A stretch of 64,000 nucleotides of DNA from NCBI GenBank assembly GCA_032718475.1, contig JAUCBJ010000225.1:10952-74951 (forward strand). The letters run 5' to 3'. Each line of letters begins with the position of its first letter. Position 1 is the first letter of the stretch. The translations under genes were made by a program, and so were the position numbers. This document shows positions 48,470 through 60,823 of this stretch, in pieces. This DNA is from Nemertoderma westbladi (lineage: Eukaryota; Animalia; Xenacoelomorpha). The notes beneath the pieces were generated by a model that was not told the origin of the DNA, ran no database searches, and worked only from the letters and a program-made list of their open reading frames with translations.

Positions 48470-49525
48470 ATATTTCAAGCTATAATGTTAGCCTTATGGA
48501 GAATCATTATGAGGCTGAGTAAACATTCAGCCTTATAAGCATACAGCCTCCACATTATTAATGTTGGTACAAAGATTTCAAAATAAAACAATAATGCGAT
48601 GAGAGCATATGTAGTACAATACACTGTGTAGCCAACAAATGTGTAACTAACAGTCATTTAGCTTGCACTGGCTACTGGCTACTGGCTACTGGCTACTGGC
48701 TACTGGCTACTGGCTACTGTCACTGGCTACTGGCTACTGGCTACTGGCTACTGGCTACTGGCTACTGGCTACTGGCTACTGGCTACTGGCTACTGGCTAC
48801 TGACTACTGGCTACTGGCTACTGGCTACTGGCTACTGGCTACTGGCTACTGGCTACTGGCTACTGGCTACTGGCTACTGGCTACTGGCTACTGGCTACTG
48901 GCTACTGGCTACTGGCTACTGGCTACTGGCTACTGGCTACTGACCTAGAGCGAAAACGGCTCTAACGATTTTGATGAAATTTTGCATGAACCATGAAAAT
49001 AGATTTCTAAGGGTACTTGTGAAATCGCGGTGTAAATTGAAACATCTCAACGTGTTTTATTTCGAAAAATAGACCCAAAACACGAAAATTACCATAGGCG
49101 CAATGATAAAACACCAGCTGGCACTCATGAAGAATGTACAGAGATGGCCTAGTAATGCTATTCAATAGAGGAAAGGCCAACTAATTTCAACTCAACTCGA
49201 GTGAGATTAGCTCGCATTGTTTGTACAGGACAAACAAACCTCGTCTGTCATAGACAGAGTGTAAGTCATAGAACAATTACACCATCTGGTTTGGTAACTA
49301 AATTCCTTTGTCCTACCTACCGCGTAGGTCAGCATTAGTTGAATGGACAGAACTTTTCACACCATCTGGTTTGTCTCAACTAAAATACATTGCGTGTAAT
49401 TGTTTTATTTATAAATCTTTTGGCCCACATTAATACTATAGGCCTAGAGACTGTATGTTTAAAAGGCTGTATGTTTACTCAGCTTCATGATTCTCCATAG
49501 GCTAACATTATAGTTTGAAATGTAA
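48470..49525. mobile_element. MITE-like relic with ~100-bp imperfect inverted ends; contains a reverse copy of part of the 60.2-kb MITE
   Basis: TTTCAAGCTATAATGTTAGCC..TGAGTAAACAT versus ATGTTTACTCAGC..GGCTAACATTATAGTTTGAAA. 48940-49180 is the reverse complement of ~60475-60720; 48032-48128 is the reverse complement of ~60297-60395. Confidence 0.6.
48667..48942 (+). repeat. (CTACTGG)n heptamer microsatellite, ~39 copies
   Basis: Direct reading of the sequence. Confidence 0.97.
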
Positions 49526-50307
49526 AAATCACTGCTTATTATCTATATCAGGTTACTCACTGTTGATTGCAAAATATTTTATTGATGGATTACTCTGTCA
49601 GACAGAGACTTCAGAACATTGTAGAGGGAATTTACTTTAGTTTACTCTATTGAGCGTTGCCAAGTTACAGAGTGGTATCTGTTCGCGCTTTTAGACCTTT
49701 AGCAGTTTAACCTGCCAATTTTAGTTGTTTAGTTGTTTAGTTTAGTTGTTTTAGAAGCCAGTCTGTGCGCGATCATTCACCCACAGTTAAGGGAGACTGG
49801 ATTCGGATGCTTTGATAGTGATTGCAGTGTAGACCTACTGTATTATTCGATTGATCGTTAATATATAATCTCTGACAATATATTTACTTTCGGGGAAATA
49901 TTAACAGTTCCTTTAGGACGTGGCGCTTTAAGTATAAAAACAGAGTTATGACTTATACTAATCACAACTAGATGGCTACTGAGTTTCGTAAATAGCGCAT
50001 TCTTTAGGAGATGCTTTATTAACCTTCACACTACTTCACACGACTTCACACTATTTCGCACTGATCTGCCGACCGTCACTGAATTTGATCATATATAAGG
50101 AGGATCGCAACTGACACATGTAGGGATTATGAAATAGCATTTAATTCACACAAAAAACCACTATAATGTAAGTCGCAGTTGCTACCGGTAAACCTGTTCC
50201 TCTCACCTTCAGTAATCAAGAAGATTGGGGGTTTTATGATTATTTATCGGTATTCTCCAAATATAACAGCAATATCCATTAACATAACACCAATTAATAA
50301 CAGAAGT

Positions 50308-51577
50308 TGTACGCGCTTTTGAAGACCTTTAGCAGTTTAACCTGCCAAAATTTATATGTCTTTTGGTTTACAAATATACTTTAGAAGACGACAAATATTT
50401 AATACCAATAAACACAACATTAGCAGAAGCCAGCCTAGTGCGCGTCCATTCACCCGCTGGATAATCCCGGGAGACTGGATTCTGTCGGCTTAGATTATTA
50501 TTGCAGTGAAGCTTACGGTATTGTATTATTCGATTGATCATTAATAATTAATTTCTGACTAATATTATTCACTTTCGGGAAATATTAACAGTTCCTTTTG
50601 GACGTGGCGCTCTATCTAAGTAAACAGAGATATGACTTATACTAATCACAACGGTAAGTCGGTAAGGCTTATGATTCACGTATGAGGCGCATTCTTTAGG
50701 AAATGCTTAGTTATCAGCCACAATCATGCACACTACCGGTAACGCACAATACTGCTCACTAATTTGCCGACCGTCAATGAATTTTATCATATATAAAGAG
50801 AATAGCAACGGACTCATGTAGGGCTTATCAAATAGCATTAAATTCAATACACACCACAATAATATAAGTCGCAATCGCTATATATATAACCCGCCTCTCT
50901 AACCTGTAGTGTATCAAGAAAATTGGGAAATTTGGGTTCTTTATAAATGTTCTCCAAATAATATTCAATCCACTGATATAAGATATGACAACAGTAAAAC
51001 ATTAAGACGGTAGGTTAAGATATGATATGAACAGATATGTACAGCGATATGCACTGATATGGACCGATATGTGAGTTGTTATGAACCGATAACAGTCATA
51101 CGCTCTATAATCTTAAGCCTACTAATGTTTCTTTCTAGAGCCGTTGTTTCTGGCTTAGACAGCAATAACAACAAAGTATCAGTAAAAAACTGTAAGACTG
51201 AACAATCCCAGTATGATCGGCTCAAAGCTCCACATCGACAGAGAGAATCGCTCTGATTGGCTGAAGCCAAACAAAGAACCATGCGTCCAATGGCTGTTTC
51301 CATTTAAGCAACCAGCTGCTAGATGTCGTAATCTGAATCATCACGGCTAAGCTGTGTAAAAGTATTTGCCGTATTGCGGGTTTTTTGCCTTACCATGTCC
51401 GCTAAAACACGTATATAGCAGAATGACTTTTATGCCCGTTAAAACACCTGTAACGGTACCTTGCGGGCGAGGGGAATATATATACAGTTAGAGAACCTTT
51501 TAGAGTATTCCAGCGCCTGGGGGGGAAACTGGATTGCGAAGCAAAGGGGCCAGTTATATCCCACAGAAGCTTTTATA
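50308..51577 (-). repeat. E3 3' LTR (1270 bp), PPT at 51578-51585
   Basis: Reverse complement of the family LTR; 50664-51577 is nearly identical to 57880-58793. Confidence 0.95.
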
Positions 51578-51655
51578 CCGCTCCCAGAAAATGGGATTTG
51601 AGTCTATAAAATATACAAAATCACAGTTTCTAATATACGTAAATACTCTAAACAG

Positions 51656-52549
51656 TTAGTCTTTCTTGCGCGGACGGCGTTTACGCAGTTTTTTAAAGCT
51701 AGCCAGAGTCCTTTTCTCTTTGGGGCGAGCCACTTTACAAGGAGGGCTATAACTCCTGGGTGAAGGGTGCAATATGATTGCATCAGAGGGTGTAGAATTA
51801 TGGTCGGTGTATCCGTCAGTCGAAGTACCGGGTTGATTGACATCAACGTCAGGTGAGAGGGGTCTAACGGCTTTGAGAGCTCGTTTCAAGACAGCCGCTC
51901 TTACGGGTCCTTTACGAGTGGTCTGAACGAGGGCCGTGGGTGGACCATAGGCAGTTAGAAACTTCCGGGGTTTAATGGTCCTTTCCAACTCGCGTTCGCG
52001 GGCTCGGTATTCGTAAGGCCGTCGATATACTTCCTGTAACTCGGGGTGTGAGTTTACAAACAAGTCTCCATAGTCCGGATCCTGACGGATATAATTGATT
52101 AAGTTATAGGAATGAAGGTCGCTAGGATTAACACTCCTGAGAAATTTGCGTACGAATTTGGTTGAAATACATTCTCCGACGCGCTTCAGTAGCTCGTAAC
52201 TTGATATGCGTGATTTCTGTTCAACCGAAGCGAATAGATAAGGATGGAACGCATAAACTCCTTCGTAAGCGCGTCCGGGATAATAGCGATGGCGCGAATC
52301 ACAATGTAAATCAACGTTCGCTTCCCAAGCTCTGATGTAACGCAGTGTGATCATTTCATCTACGCTTTCCAAATCGTGATTAAAAGGGCAGTCGAAACTA
52401 GCATGTCCCTTTAGTTGACAATGGTGACATTGAGTCATAAATTGAGGGCAAACCGCAAAGATATGCAGGTTATTGAGTCTGCAATATGCGCAATAAATTT
52501 CCATAGTCGGTTGTTCTTTGAAATAGGAACAGCGGACGTTGGTGTCCAT
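51656..52549 (-). CDS. E3 ORF3 zinc-knuckle protein
   Basis: 297 aa, homologous to E1 and E2 ORF3. Confidence 0.8.
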   Translation of the reverse strand: MDTNVRCSYFKEQPTMEIYCAYCRLNNLHIFAVCPQFMTQCHHCQLKGHASFDCPFNHDLESVDEMITLRYIRAWEANVDLHCDSRHRYYPGRAYEGVYAFHPYLFASVEQKSRISSYELLKRVGECISTKFVRKFLRSVNPSDLHSYNLINYIRQDPDYGDLFVNSHPELQEVYRRPYEYRARERELERTIKPRKFLTAYGPPTALVQTTRKGPVRAAVLKRALKAVRPLSPDVDVNQPGTSTDGYTDHNSTPSDAIILHPSPRSYSPPCKVARPKEKRTLASFKKLRKRRPRKKD

Positions 52550-52705
52550 GGGCGTATCGTGGTCTCTCGATGCGCATAACCGACAACGTTGCCTAGAAAC
52601 ATAGTTGGCATGTCGATAATCGTACGCAGTGAGACACTGTGGACCTTGATACCATTCTAGGATGTAATCGTTGTCGCTGTTCTGGGCGCGATAGGCTGAA
52701 TCTCC

Positions 52706-53104
52706 TCAGATTCTAGGCATATTGGTTCGTCTTCCCAGTCTGTTACGAATAGAATTTTCGTGATCTATTCTCGGTTTATCGTTCCGACTCCGCTGGGTAT
52801 GATATTTAAATAGAACCATTTCCCTTTCGGTGTCTACATCGTCCGTATCATGTAAATCGATAGGATGGCCGGTAGTTAGGAAGTCCATATACGTACTATT
52901 ACGATGCGTATAGCGCGCGGTGGATTTTCGATAGTCCAATTCACGCGCAAGTTGCTCTTGGGACATCGGCGGTTCGATATAACGACCATCGTCCTCCGTA
53001 ATGGTTGGATCGGCTTCACCGCGTATTAAGCTATCCACAAATGCTTGCAAAGGTAGAGTATATCGCTCCTTGATACCAAGATCATCTTCTATCAACTCCG
53101 TCAT
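52706..53104 (-). CDS. E3 internally deleted ORF2
   Basis: Same RNRL/GRRTNMPRI junction as E2. Confidence 0.75.
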   Translation of the reverse strand: MTELIEDDLGIKERYTLPLQAFVDSLIRGEADPTITEDDGRYIEPPMSQEQLARELDYRKSTARYTHRNSTYMDFLTTGHPIDLHDTDDVDTEREMVLFKYHTQRSRNDKPRIDHENSIRNRLGRRTNMPRI

Positions 53105-54736
53105 ATCTGCTATCTGAGTTTGTTAATATCGAAATGAGTTTATGTTTAGGCGAGCGGACGTCGCTGCCTACCTCTCTTTGCCCCCGGACAGTGGGATCCT
53201 CAGCGCCGATGTACCGTTGTCGCGGTGTTTACGCCAACATGTAGCAACAGTACGACAACGATAACCGGCACAAGTCACTCCACTGTCCGTCCCAAAGGCT
53301 TGAATCCACTTTAGGTTCTTTCTATAGGAGAGTTGGGTTACTTTCACAATTGCGACTAGCTACTGTAAACACACCTTAGCAGTAACATTCACCTACAAAC
53401 GCACAAATTCCACACAACTGTCACCAATTGTACACATACAGGCCATTTGTCCGTTAGTCAGTGCCTTCCAGAATGTCACGTTATTACTGTGTATCCTTGG
53501 ATACTAACGGTGTGCTATGATTCTCTATGCTATGCAATGGGACAAGCTTTCTATTGTTCTTTTAACTTGCTTCTAATTCTAGCGTGGGTGTTGCTATGGT
53601 GACATTATGGAATGCTAGCGGTAGAATTAGGGTAATTCTCATGCATACAGATCTGGGATGCTATTTAATAATAATTCTTTAATTGTCAATATCCTCTTTA
53701 TGCATGATTTTATTAATTTTTATCGGCTATTGACTATATGTTGGAGATTCTCGCACTCTAATACACTCAACAGGATGAATCTCCGCTCCCATGATCTATT
53801 AATTAATGGAATTTTGGGAATGTTATAAATTGCACAAAATGACAATTTATGAAATTCATTTAAAATATGAATTTAAATTTATTCCCGTGAATTTTATTAT
53901 TTGATGTTAAAATTGACACAATTTTTATTCCAGAGCATGTCTGGGGACTGAGGATCTTTAATTCTATAAAATTGTCTTTTAAGAGTATCGGTAAGTGCTG
54001 CGATATCTTAATTGACTAGAAATTTTAAAGGATCCGAATTTTACAGATTTTAATAAATATTAATTAATATTTAAGATGGGCACCGATTTATTCCAGAACT
54101 TGTCTGGGGACGTTAACCACTGGTTCTAGAATTTTGTCTTTCAAGTATATCGGTGGGTGCCGCGATATCTTAATCGACTAGAATTACAGATGGTCAAAAG
54201 GTTTAACAGATTTATTTGCGTTTTACGCTACTGTTAGAGGGACATCACGCTACTATATGTATTATTTAATATAAGGTAGAAGAGCAATATCGCACGAAGC
54301 AATGTCAGTGTGAAGAGGCAAGTCGTTTCCAAGGTCTACCCAGAGCTTGGTTTAGCCGAGACACGAGGATCTGAACTTTGCATTCCTAATACTCTGCCTA
54401 CCAATAATACTTGAAGTATAGTAGGAGCTTTATTGTACTTTAATAAGTACGGACATTTCATCTTACTGTAGTCACGTATTTATAATATGATACGGACAGT
54501 AAGGAAAGAGAAAAAATAATTATTTCTCGCCGTCGCACTAAATATATATTATAAGTAATTACGTACGTAATAAACACTAATATATTGCACTAATCTACTA
54601 AATAATCACTAAAATAACATTCTACTAAATAAAATTAAAGAAAACGATTATAATAAAATTACATAATAATACATACATAAATATAAAATAAAAACAAATA
54701 TAAAATGATATAGTCACACGCCCACTCCATATGTTA

Positions 54737-56780
54737 TTACGTTATAGAGTCCCTAGATATTTGTCGGATTAGGGAAGTGGTCGTAGGAAGAGTATCTTGC
54801 CTTCCATAGTTTCCGGACAGTTTTCGGTCTCTTTCCAGTAAACATAAACGACCAGCTGGGCGATTGAGTGGTTGTGTTAGTTTCTCCGCTCCCTTGGCCT
54901 GTCTACTCTCCGCCGTGGTAAGATGAGGAGGCCATTCTTCTTCTTCTTTACTTAAGAAGTCGGATCCACCTAACCAGCCTGGAGTATCTATCAGTTCTTG
55001 AGGAGTTGCTCCTCTGGAAGCGATGTCGGCTGGATTAATCGTCCCAAGGCAATGTCTCCATTGATCTACATTGGAGTTAATATCGTCATTATCTGAGGAG
55101 TATGGTGTTCCCTCAGTTGGGTCGTCCACCTCACTGCTCTCCACTTCCCATTCCTTTACTTGGTATACCTGTTGTTGAGGTAATCTCTCTTTGAGAGTTC
55201 TACGGGAAGGGCCAGTGAAGTACCAACCTACTCTAGTTCTTACCGCATAAGTTTGTAATGGCTGCGGTTGAGCAGGCCGTTTCTCCAATGTCTCGAGCGC
55301 CTCATGCGCGTTTTGGCCGATGAGGATTTGCACTCCAGGATAATCGGTTTGGAATCGAGGTATCTCAAGATGTTGGATGCACTCGTCCTCGTCCCAGTTA
55401 TAAGGTTCTGCTTGAGTAGTAGCAAAGTTCTTTATAGCCACCATTTTTACTGACCTTATACCTTGTGTTCCTAACTTATCCTGGGGGGTGGACAACACAC
55501 CTACATAGTAATCTGCCGTTAGGGTAGATTTCCAAACCTGCATAATTCCTGACATATTCAATTTAGTCCGGAACTTGGGTTGTCCAGCAAAGATATCTTC
55601 GGCTAGTTCTTGATCGATGAATGTTCCTGTGCTGCCGGAGTCAAGGAGGGCGTTCACTATGTAGCTTTTGTTAAGACCGTGAACTCTTACTTGAACTACA
55701 GGAAATTCTCTGATTCCTACGTTGGAAGCTGGAGCTTTCCAAGATGGTTGTTTGGCGAAAGTAGTTGGGGGAAACTCATCGTTGATGTCCTTTTCGTAAG
55801 TAAGTGCTCGATACACTGCGGTATTGATTAGATAACAGGATTCGTTGGCGTCGGAGAATTCGTCAGTATAGAATCCTTCCATCTCAGATTCTTGATCAGT
55901 GTCGTTTACATCACTGAATTGGACATGTAGTTCGGGCTCACTTACCTGACTCAGTTTGTCTCGTTCGAACTCACTGTGTAACAAGATGTGATGTTTCGCG
56001 CCACACTTTGTACACTTTATGTCGGAGTAACAGGTTCGCCGTTGGTGTCCTGATCTGAGGCAATTATAGCATAACCGCTTATTCCACAGGACTGTACGTC
56101 TGTCTACAAGGGATTTCTTTAGAAATTCAGCACACGCACTCAAACGGTGGGGCCCGTCGCACAGTGCACATTTTGGTTTGATGTTACTCACCTTAACTTG
56201 GTTAACGTTATGCACTCTCGTTCTTTCTTCGGGCTTTCTTCCGTGAATTCTCTTAGGAGACGTAGGAGGAGTTGTTGTTACCTGTTCTCTCCTGTCACTG
56301 GTTCGAGACTTGTATTTACTTACGTCTTTATAGGTCTTGTTGTCATAGTAAGATTTTGCTGTGTCTTTCCCGCTGTCCTCTTCTTGAGAAGCTTGGCTTT
56401 CGCCGTCGTCAGTATAACACACTGGTATTATCCTTCTCCTAGAAACGGGTTTCTCACTTACCTTATTTTCCGATGTTTTCTCTCTGGACTGCCTTATGAG
56501 TTGTAATTTCACTTCACTATCTAAGAAGGACATGAGATCAGCCATGGTAGGACTTCGTCGTTGTTGTTCATTCATGTACAACACTTTCTTGTCCCAGCGC
56601 GTACATACTCCACCCTTTGGTAAAGTAGAGACTACGGCTCCAATGACCATGGAACTCTGATATTCATGCGACTTACCTAACCAGTCCAGTTGTCTACAGA
56701 TCTCTTGAATTTCATCGGAAAACTCTATAATCCCGCTACTAAGGAAGTGTCGGGGGGCTACTAATTTTGCATACAAATAC
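54737..56780 (-). pseudogene. gag: E3 Gag-protease ORF, 5' half lost by rearrangement
   Basis: Open 679-aa frame with knuckles, LLDSGST and E2-type pol junctions; cut at 56780. Confidence 0.9.
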
Positions 56781-57618
56781 CGACTGTCCTAACCGGTACT
56801 TCCAGTACAAGTACATTAGTATTATTTCGATTGTGATCTATAGTATATTGTAGGCTACCAGAGGAATAGGGATTGATCACCCCTCATTCTTTTGTATAGT
56901 TTACTTATTTCTGTCAGTTTTATTTCCTAGTAAGTTAATATTGAGCTGAAGACGTGTAAGTCTGCTCAGATTGTTCAGATAATTGTAGGCCAGACTGTTG
57001 TCGGATTGTTGTTGAGTTTGGAGAGATTACGGCGTGTGTAGAGTTTGTCTGATAGAGTGCCGTTAGTAAGTTGGGGCAGCCATATGCTGCAAGGTCAATC
57101 CCCTCTTAAAGAATAAGTCGTACTACCGTGTTAGAACGCATACTAACTAACTATTTCAGAATCTGCATATACTGTAGTTTATTTAGGCTTGATCGTAGTC
57201 TGCCAGCGTTTTGGCTTGTGTTTGTTTGTGTGGTCTGTTCAGGTACCGTAATAGTTATTACTCAGATATTTTGTAGGCTGGATTGTTGTCTAGCTATTAT
57301 TAGGTCTGAAGAGATTGCTGCGTGTGTAGAGTTTGTCTGATAAAGTGCCAGTTAGTAAGTTGGGGCAGCCATAGCTGTAAGGTCAATCCCCTCTTAAAGA
57401 ATAAGTCGTACTACCGTGTTAGAACGCATACTAACTAACCGTTTTGGAATCTGCACATACAGTAGTTTATTTAGGCTTGGTGGTAGTCTGCCAGCGTTTT
57501 GGTTTGTATTTGTTTGAGTATTCTGTACGGGTAGCGTAATATTTATTATTCAGAGTTTATGCGATTATTCGCAACATTCATGTCCCCAAGTTTATTCCTA
57601 CAGTAATTGTGTTTGTTA
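56781..57618 (+). other. Inverted segment of the element's 5' leader inside E3
   Basis: Matches E1 ~1226-2060 in + orientation while the flanking E3 sequence is on the minus strand. Confidence 0.9.
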
Positions 57619-57620
57619 CA

Positions 57621-57878
57621 AAAAGTAAAAGTAAAGTAAATTTTCTTCGGCCGCTAGGCCAGGGATTACGCACAAAGTCTGACGACTTATTTCCAGTGCG
57701 GTCCCCCCAGAACTTTACTCCCCAGAGGAAACTCCAGTACTCATTTAGCTACCACTTAAGGATGCAAGGCAGAGATGCGCCCTGGCTGGTCCCTTTAAAG
57801 CATTCGTGCCGAAACGAAAACTGCCCTGGCCCGTGTGAGGATCGAACCCACGACCTACGGGAGATGTTAATTCAATGC
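57621..57878 (-). mobile_element. tRNA-derived SINE, 5'-truncated
   Basis: Minus strand GTCGTGGGTTCGATCCTCAC (B-box) at the head; (TTTAC)n-type tail; A-box missing at the LTR junction. Confidence 0.7.
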
Positions 57879-57879
57879 A

Positions 57880-58793
57880 AAGGCTTATGATTCACGTATG
57901 AGGCGCATTCTTTAGGAAATGCTTAGTTATCAGCCACAATCATGCACACTACCGGTAACGCACAATACTGCTCACTAATTTGCCGACCGTCAATGAATTT
58001 TATCATATATAAAGAGAATAGCAACGGACTCATGTAGGGCTTATCAAATAGCATTAAATTCAATACACACCACAATAATATAAGTCGCAATCGCTATATA
58101 TATAACCCGCCTCTCTAACCTGTAGTGTATCAAGAAAATTGGGAAATTTGGGTTCTTTATAAATGTTCTCCAAATAATATTCAATCCACTGATATAAGAT
58201 ATGACAACAGTAAAACATTAAGACGGTAGGTTAAGATATGATATGAACAGATATGTACAGCGATATGCACTGATATGGACCGATATGTGAGTTGTTATGA
58301 ACCGATAACAGTCATACGCTCTATAATCTTAAGCCTACTAATGTTTCTTTCTAGAGCCGTTGTTTCTGGCTTAGACAGCAATAACAACAAAGTATCAGTA
58401 AAAAACTGTAAGACTGAACAATCCCAGTATGATCGGCTCAAAGCTCCACATCGACAGAGAGAATCGCTCTGATTGGCTGAAGCCAAACAAAGAACCATGC
58501 GTCCAATGGCTGTTTCCATTTAAGCAACCAGCTGCTAGATGTCGTAATCTGAATCATCACGGCTAAGCTGTGTAAAAGTATTTGCCGTATTGCGGGTTTT
58601 TTGCCTTACCATGTCCGCTAAAACACGTATATAGCAGAATGACTTTTATGCCCGTTAAAACACCTGTAACGGTACCTTGCGGGCGAGGGGAATATATATA
58701 CAGTTAGAGAACCTTTTAGAGTATTCCAGCGCCTGGGGGGGAAACTGGATTGCGAAGCAAAGGGGCCAGTTATATCCCACAAAAGCTTTTACA
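57880..58793 (-). repeat. E3 5' LTR lacking its last ~356 nt
   Basis: Ends ...AAGCTTTTACA followed by TSD GAAGT. Confidence 0.93.
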
Positions 58794-58854
58794 GAAGTAA
58801 AATAATGCGGTGAACAGTCAGTATGTGTTACTTATGCAGTGTTCCATGTGCAGC

Positions 58855-59242
58855 CTGGACATTGACTAAATCACTTGAACAACGAATTGATGGTTGCTAC
58901 ACAAGACTACTAAGGGCAGCCCTAAACATCAGCTGGAGACAACACATGACAAACGCCGAGCTTTATGTACAATACCACCTGTATCAACCACCCTCCGTGA
59001 CCGCAGATTAAGATTCAGTGGGCACTGCTGGCGAAGTAAAGACGAGGTCATACCAGATCTACTTCTCTGGCAACCAACTCATGGAAAGCGTAGTCTTGGA
59101 CGACCTGCCATAACATATATAGATCAACTTGAAAGGGATACTGAACTTGGGAGAAACGAAATTGCGACAACTATGGAGAATCGGGAAGCCTGGAAGGATC
59201 TCATTTCCACTGTCCGAGTTCGCTCGACCTAGTAGTAGTAGT
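58855..59242 (+). mobile_element. 5'-truncated RTE-clade LINE 3' end
   Basis: WTLTKSLEQRIDGCYTRLLRAALNISW / RRLRFSGHCWR..LLLWQPTHGKRSLGRP..MENREAW; (TAG)n tail; TSD ATGTGCAGC at 58846-58854 and 59243-59251. Confidence 0.9.
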
Positions 59243-59659
59243 ATGTGCAGCAATGTTCAATGTGTTAATAGTTTTACGTTCTTGTAATCAAAGCCATCAG
59301 ATGTTTAGGCCAAAGTCTGAAACTTCCACAACAGAAGTACAGAAGAATTCCAAGCATGCATTGCGCGGTTTTCCATAGGCCTCTGTCCAACATAAAGTGA
59401 AAATCGCTCTGATTGGCTGAATAGGCAGAACAAAGAGGTTCCACGTCTACAGGAAATCAGCTGACAGATTTCGTCATCTGAGCTCCAATCTTTTAGAGTA
59501 TTATGCGCATTGCGGCAAAAATGACTTGTTATGTCCGCAAAAGCACCTACACTGCGCATTGCGGGAAAAATGACTTGTTATGTCCGCAAAAGCTATTACA
59601 GTATCACTCTCTGGCCATAGGCAAAGACATCAAATCTTTTTAAAAAAAATTTTTCGTAT

Positions 59660-60180
59660 CCAGTAGTTGCGCCCTTCGAGCAGCACGTGAGTTACATCAA
59701 ATAATAGACACACTGTTTGACTTTGTCCCTTCGAGCAGCACGTGTGTTTGGCTTTGACCCTTCGATATATGATGTTGTGCCCTTCGAGCAGCACGTGAGT
59801 TACATCAAATAATAGACACACTGTTTGACTTTGTCCCTTCGAGCAGCACGTGAGTTTGGCTTTGACCCTTCGATATATGTAGTTGCGCCCTTCGAGCACC
59901 ACATGAGTTACGTCAAATACAGTAATATACACACTGTTTGACTTTGTCTCTTCGAGCAGCACGTGAGTTTTGCTTCGACCCTTCGATATATGTAGTTGCG
60001 CCCTTCGAGCAGCACGTGTGTTATATCAAATAATAGACACACTGTTTGACTTTGTCTCTTCGAGCAGCACGTGAGTTTTGCTTCGACCCTTCGATATATG
60101 TAGTTGCGCCCTTCGAGCAGCACGTGAGTTACATCAAATAATAGACACACTGTTTGACTTCGTCCCTTCGAGCAGCACGT
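59660..60180 (+). repeat. 122-bp tandem repeat (~4.3 copies) of two related subunits, each carrying CTTCGAGCAGCACGTG
   Basis: Direct reading of the sequence. Confidence 0.9.
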
Positions 60181-60234
60181 AATTAGTAATTAGCACATAA
60201 TTACATAATTAGTTCTATATAGGCCTACTATATC

Positions 60235-60823
60235 TCGTTGTCTCTTTTATTTGAAATAAAAAGTCGGTTCCTTATTTGGCCGCAGGCCCGTCACTAGTAG
60301 TTTGAAGTTGTCTAGAAAATTTCTCGTACACCACCGGGACTACCCTCACACTAATTTATTATCAGACAGAACAAAAAGCTTTTACTTGACTCGTACTGTT
60401 TCCTACGACTTGCTTCACGGGCCGCTAGGCCCGTCTCTAGTAAAACTTGGCAGAGAAAGTACTTCTTTGTTAGTTGCCCTTCCTATTGAATGCATTACCA
60501 GGCCATCTCTATACATTTTTCATGAGTGCCAGCTGGTGTTTTATCATTGCGCCTATGGCAATTTTCGTGTTTTGGGGCTATTTTTCGAAATAAAACAAGT
60601 TGAGATGTTTCAATTTAAACAGCGATTTCACAAGTACCCTTGGAAATCCATTTTCATGGTCCATGCAAAATTTTATCAAAATCGTTAGAGCCGTTTTTGC
60701 TCTAGGTCAGTAGCCAGTAGCCAGCTCAGCCAGTAGCTTTTCTTTTCTCATCTTATACACTAGTGACGGGCCTAGCGGCCCGATAAGGAACCGACTTTTT
60801 ATTTCAAATAAAAGAGACAACGA
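60235..60823. mobile_element. MITE, ~590 bp with ~63-bp terminal inverted repeats
   Basis: TCGTTGTCTCTTTTATTTGAAATAAAAAGTCGGTTCCTTAT...GGCCCGTCACTAGT and its reverse complement at ~60759-60823. Confidence 0.85.

Larger units (their letters stand above)
50308..58793 (-). mobile_element. E3: non-autonomous BEL/Pao derivative (E2 type), internally rearranged
   Basis: TSD GAAGT at 50303-50307 and 58794-58798; 3' LTR 50308-51577; truncated 5' LTR 57880-58793; same deletion junctions as E2. Confidence 0.95.
49680..59600 (-). mobile_element. Old solo LTR of the BEL family, split by E3 and an RTE fragment (pieces 49680-50307, 58794-58854, 59243-59600)
   Basis: Termini TGTTCGCGCTTTT... and ...CAAAAGCTATTACA; TSD GTATC at 49675-49679 and 59601-59605; collinear but diverged from the young LTRs. 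Confidence 0.88.
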
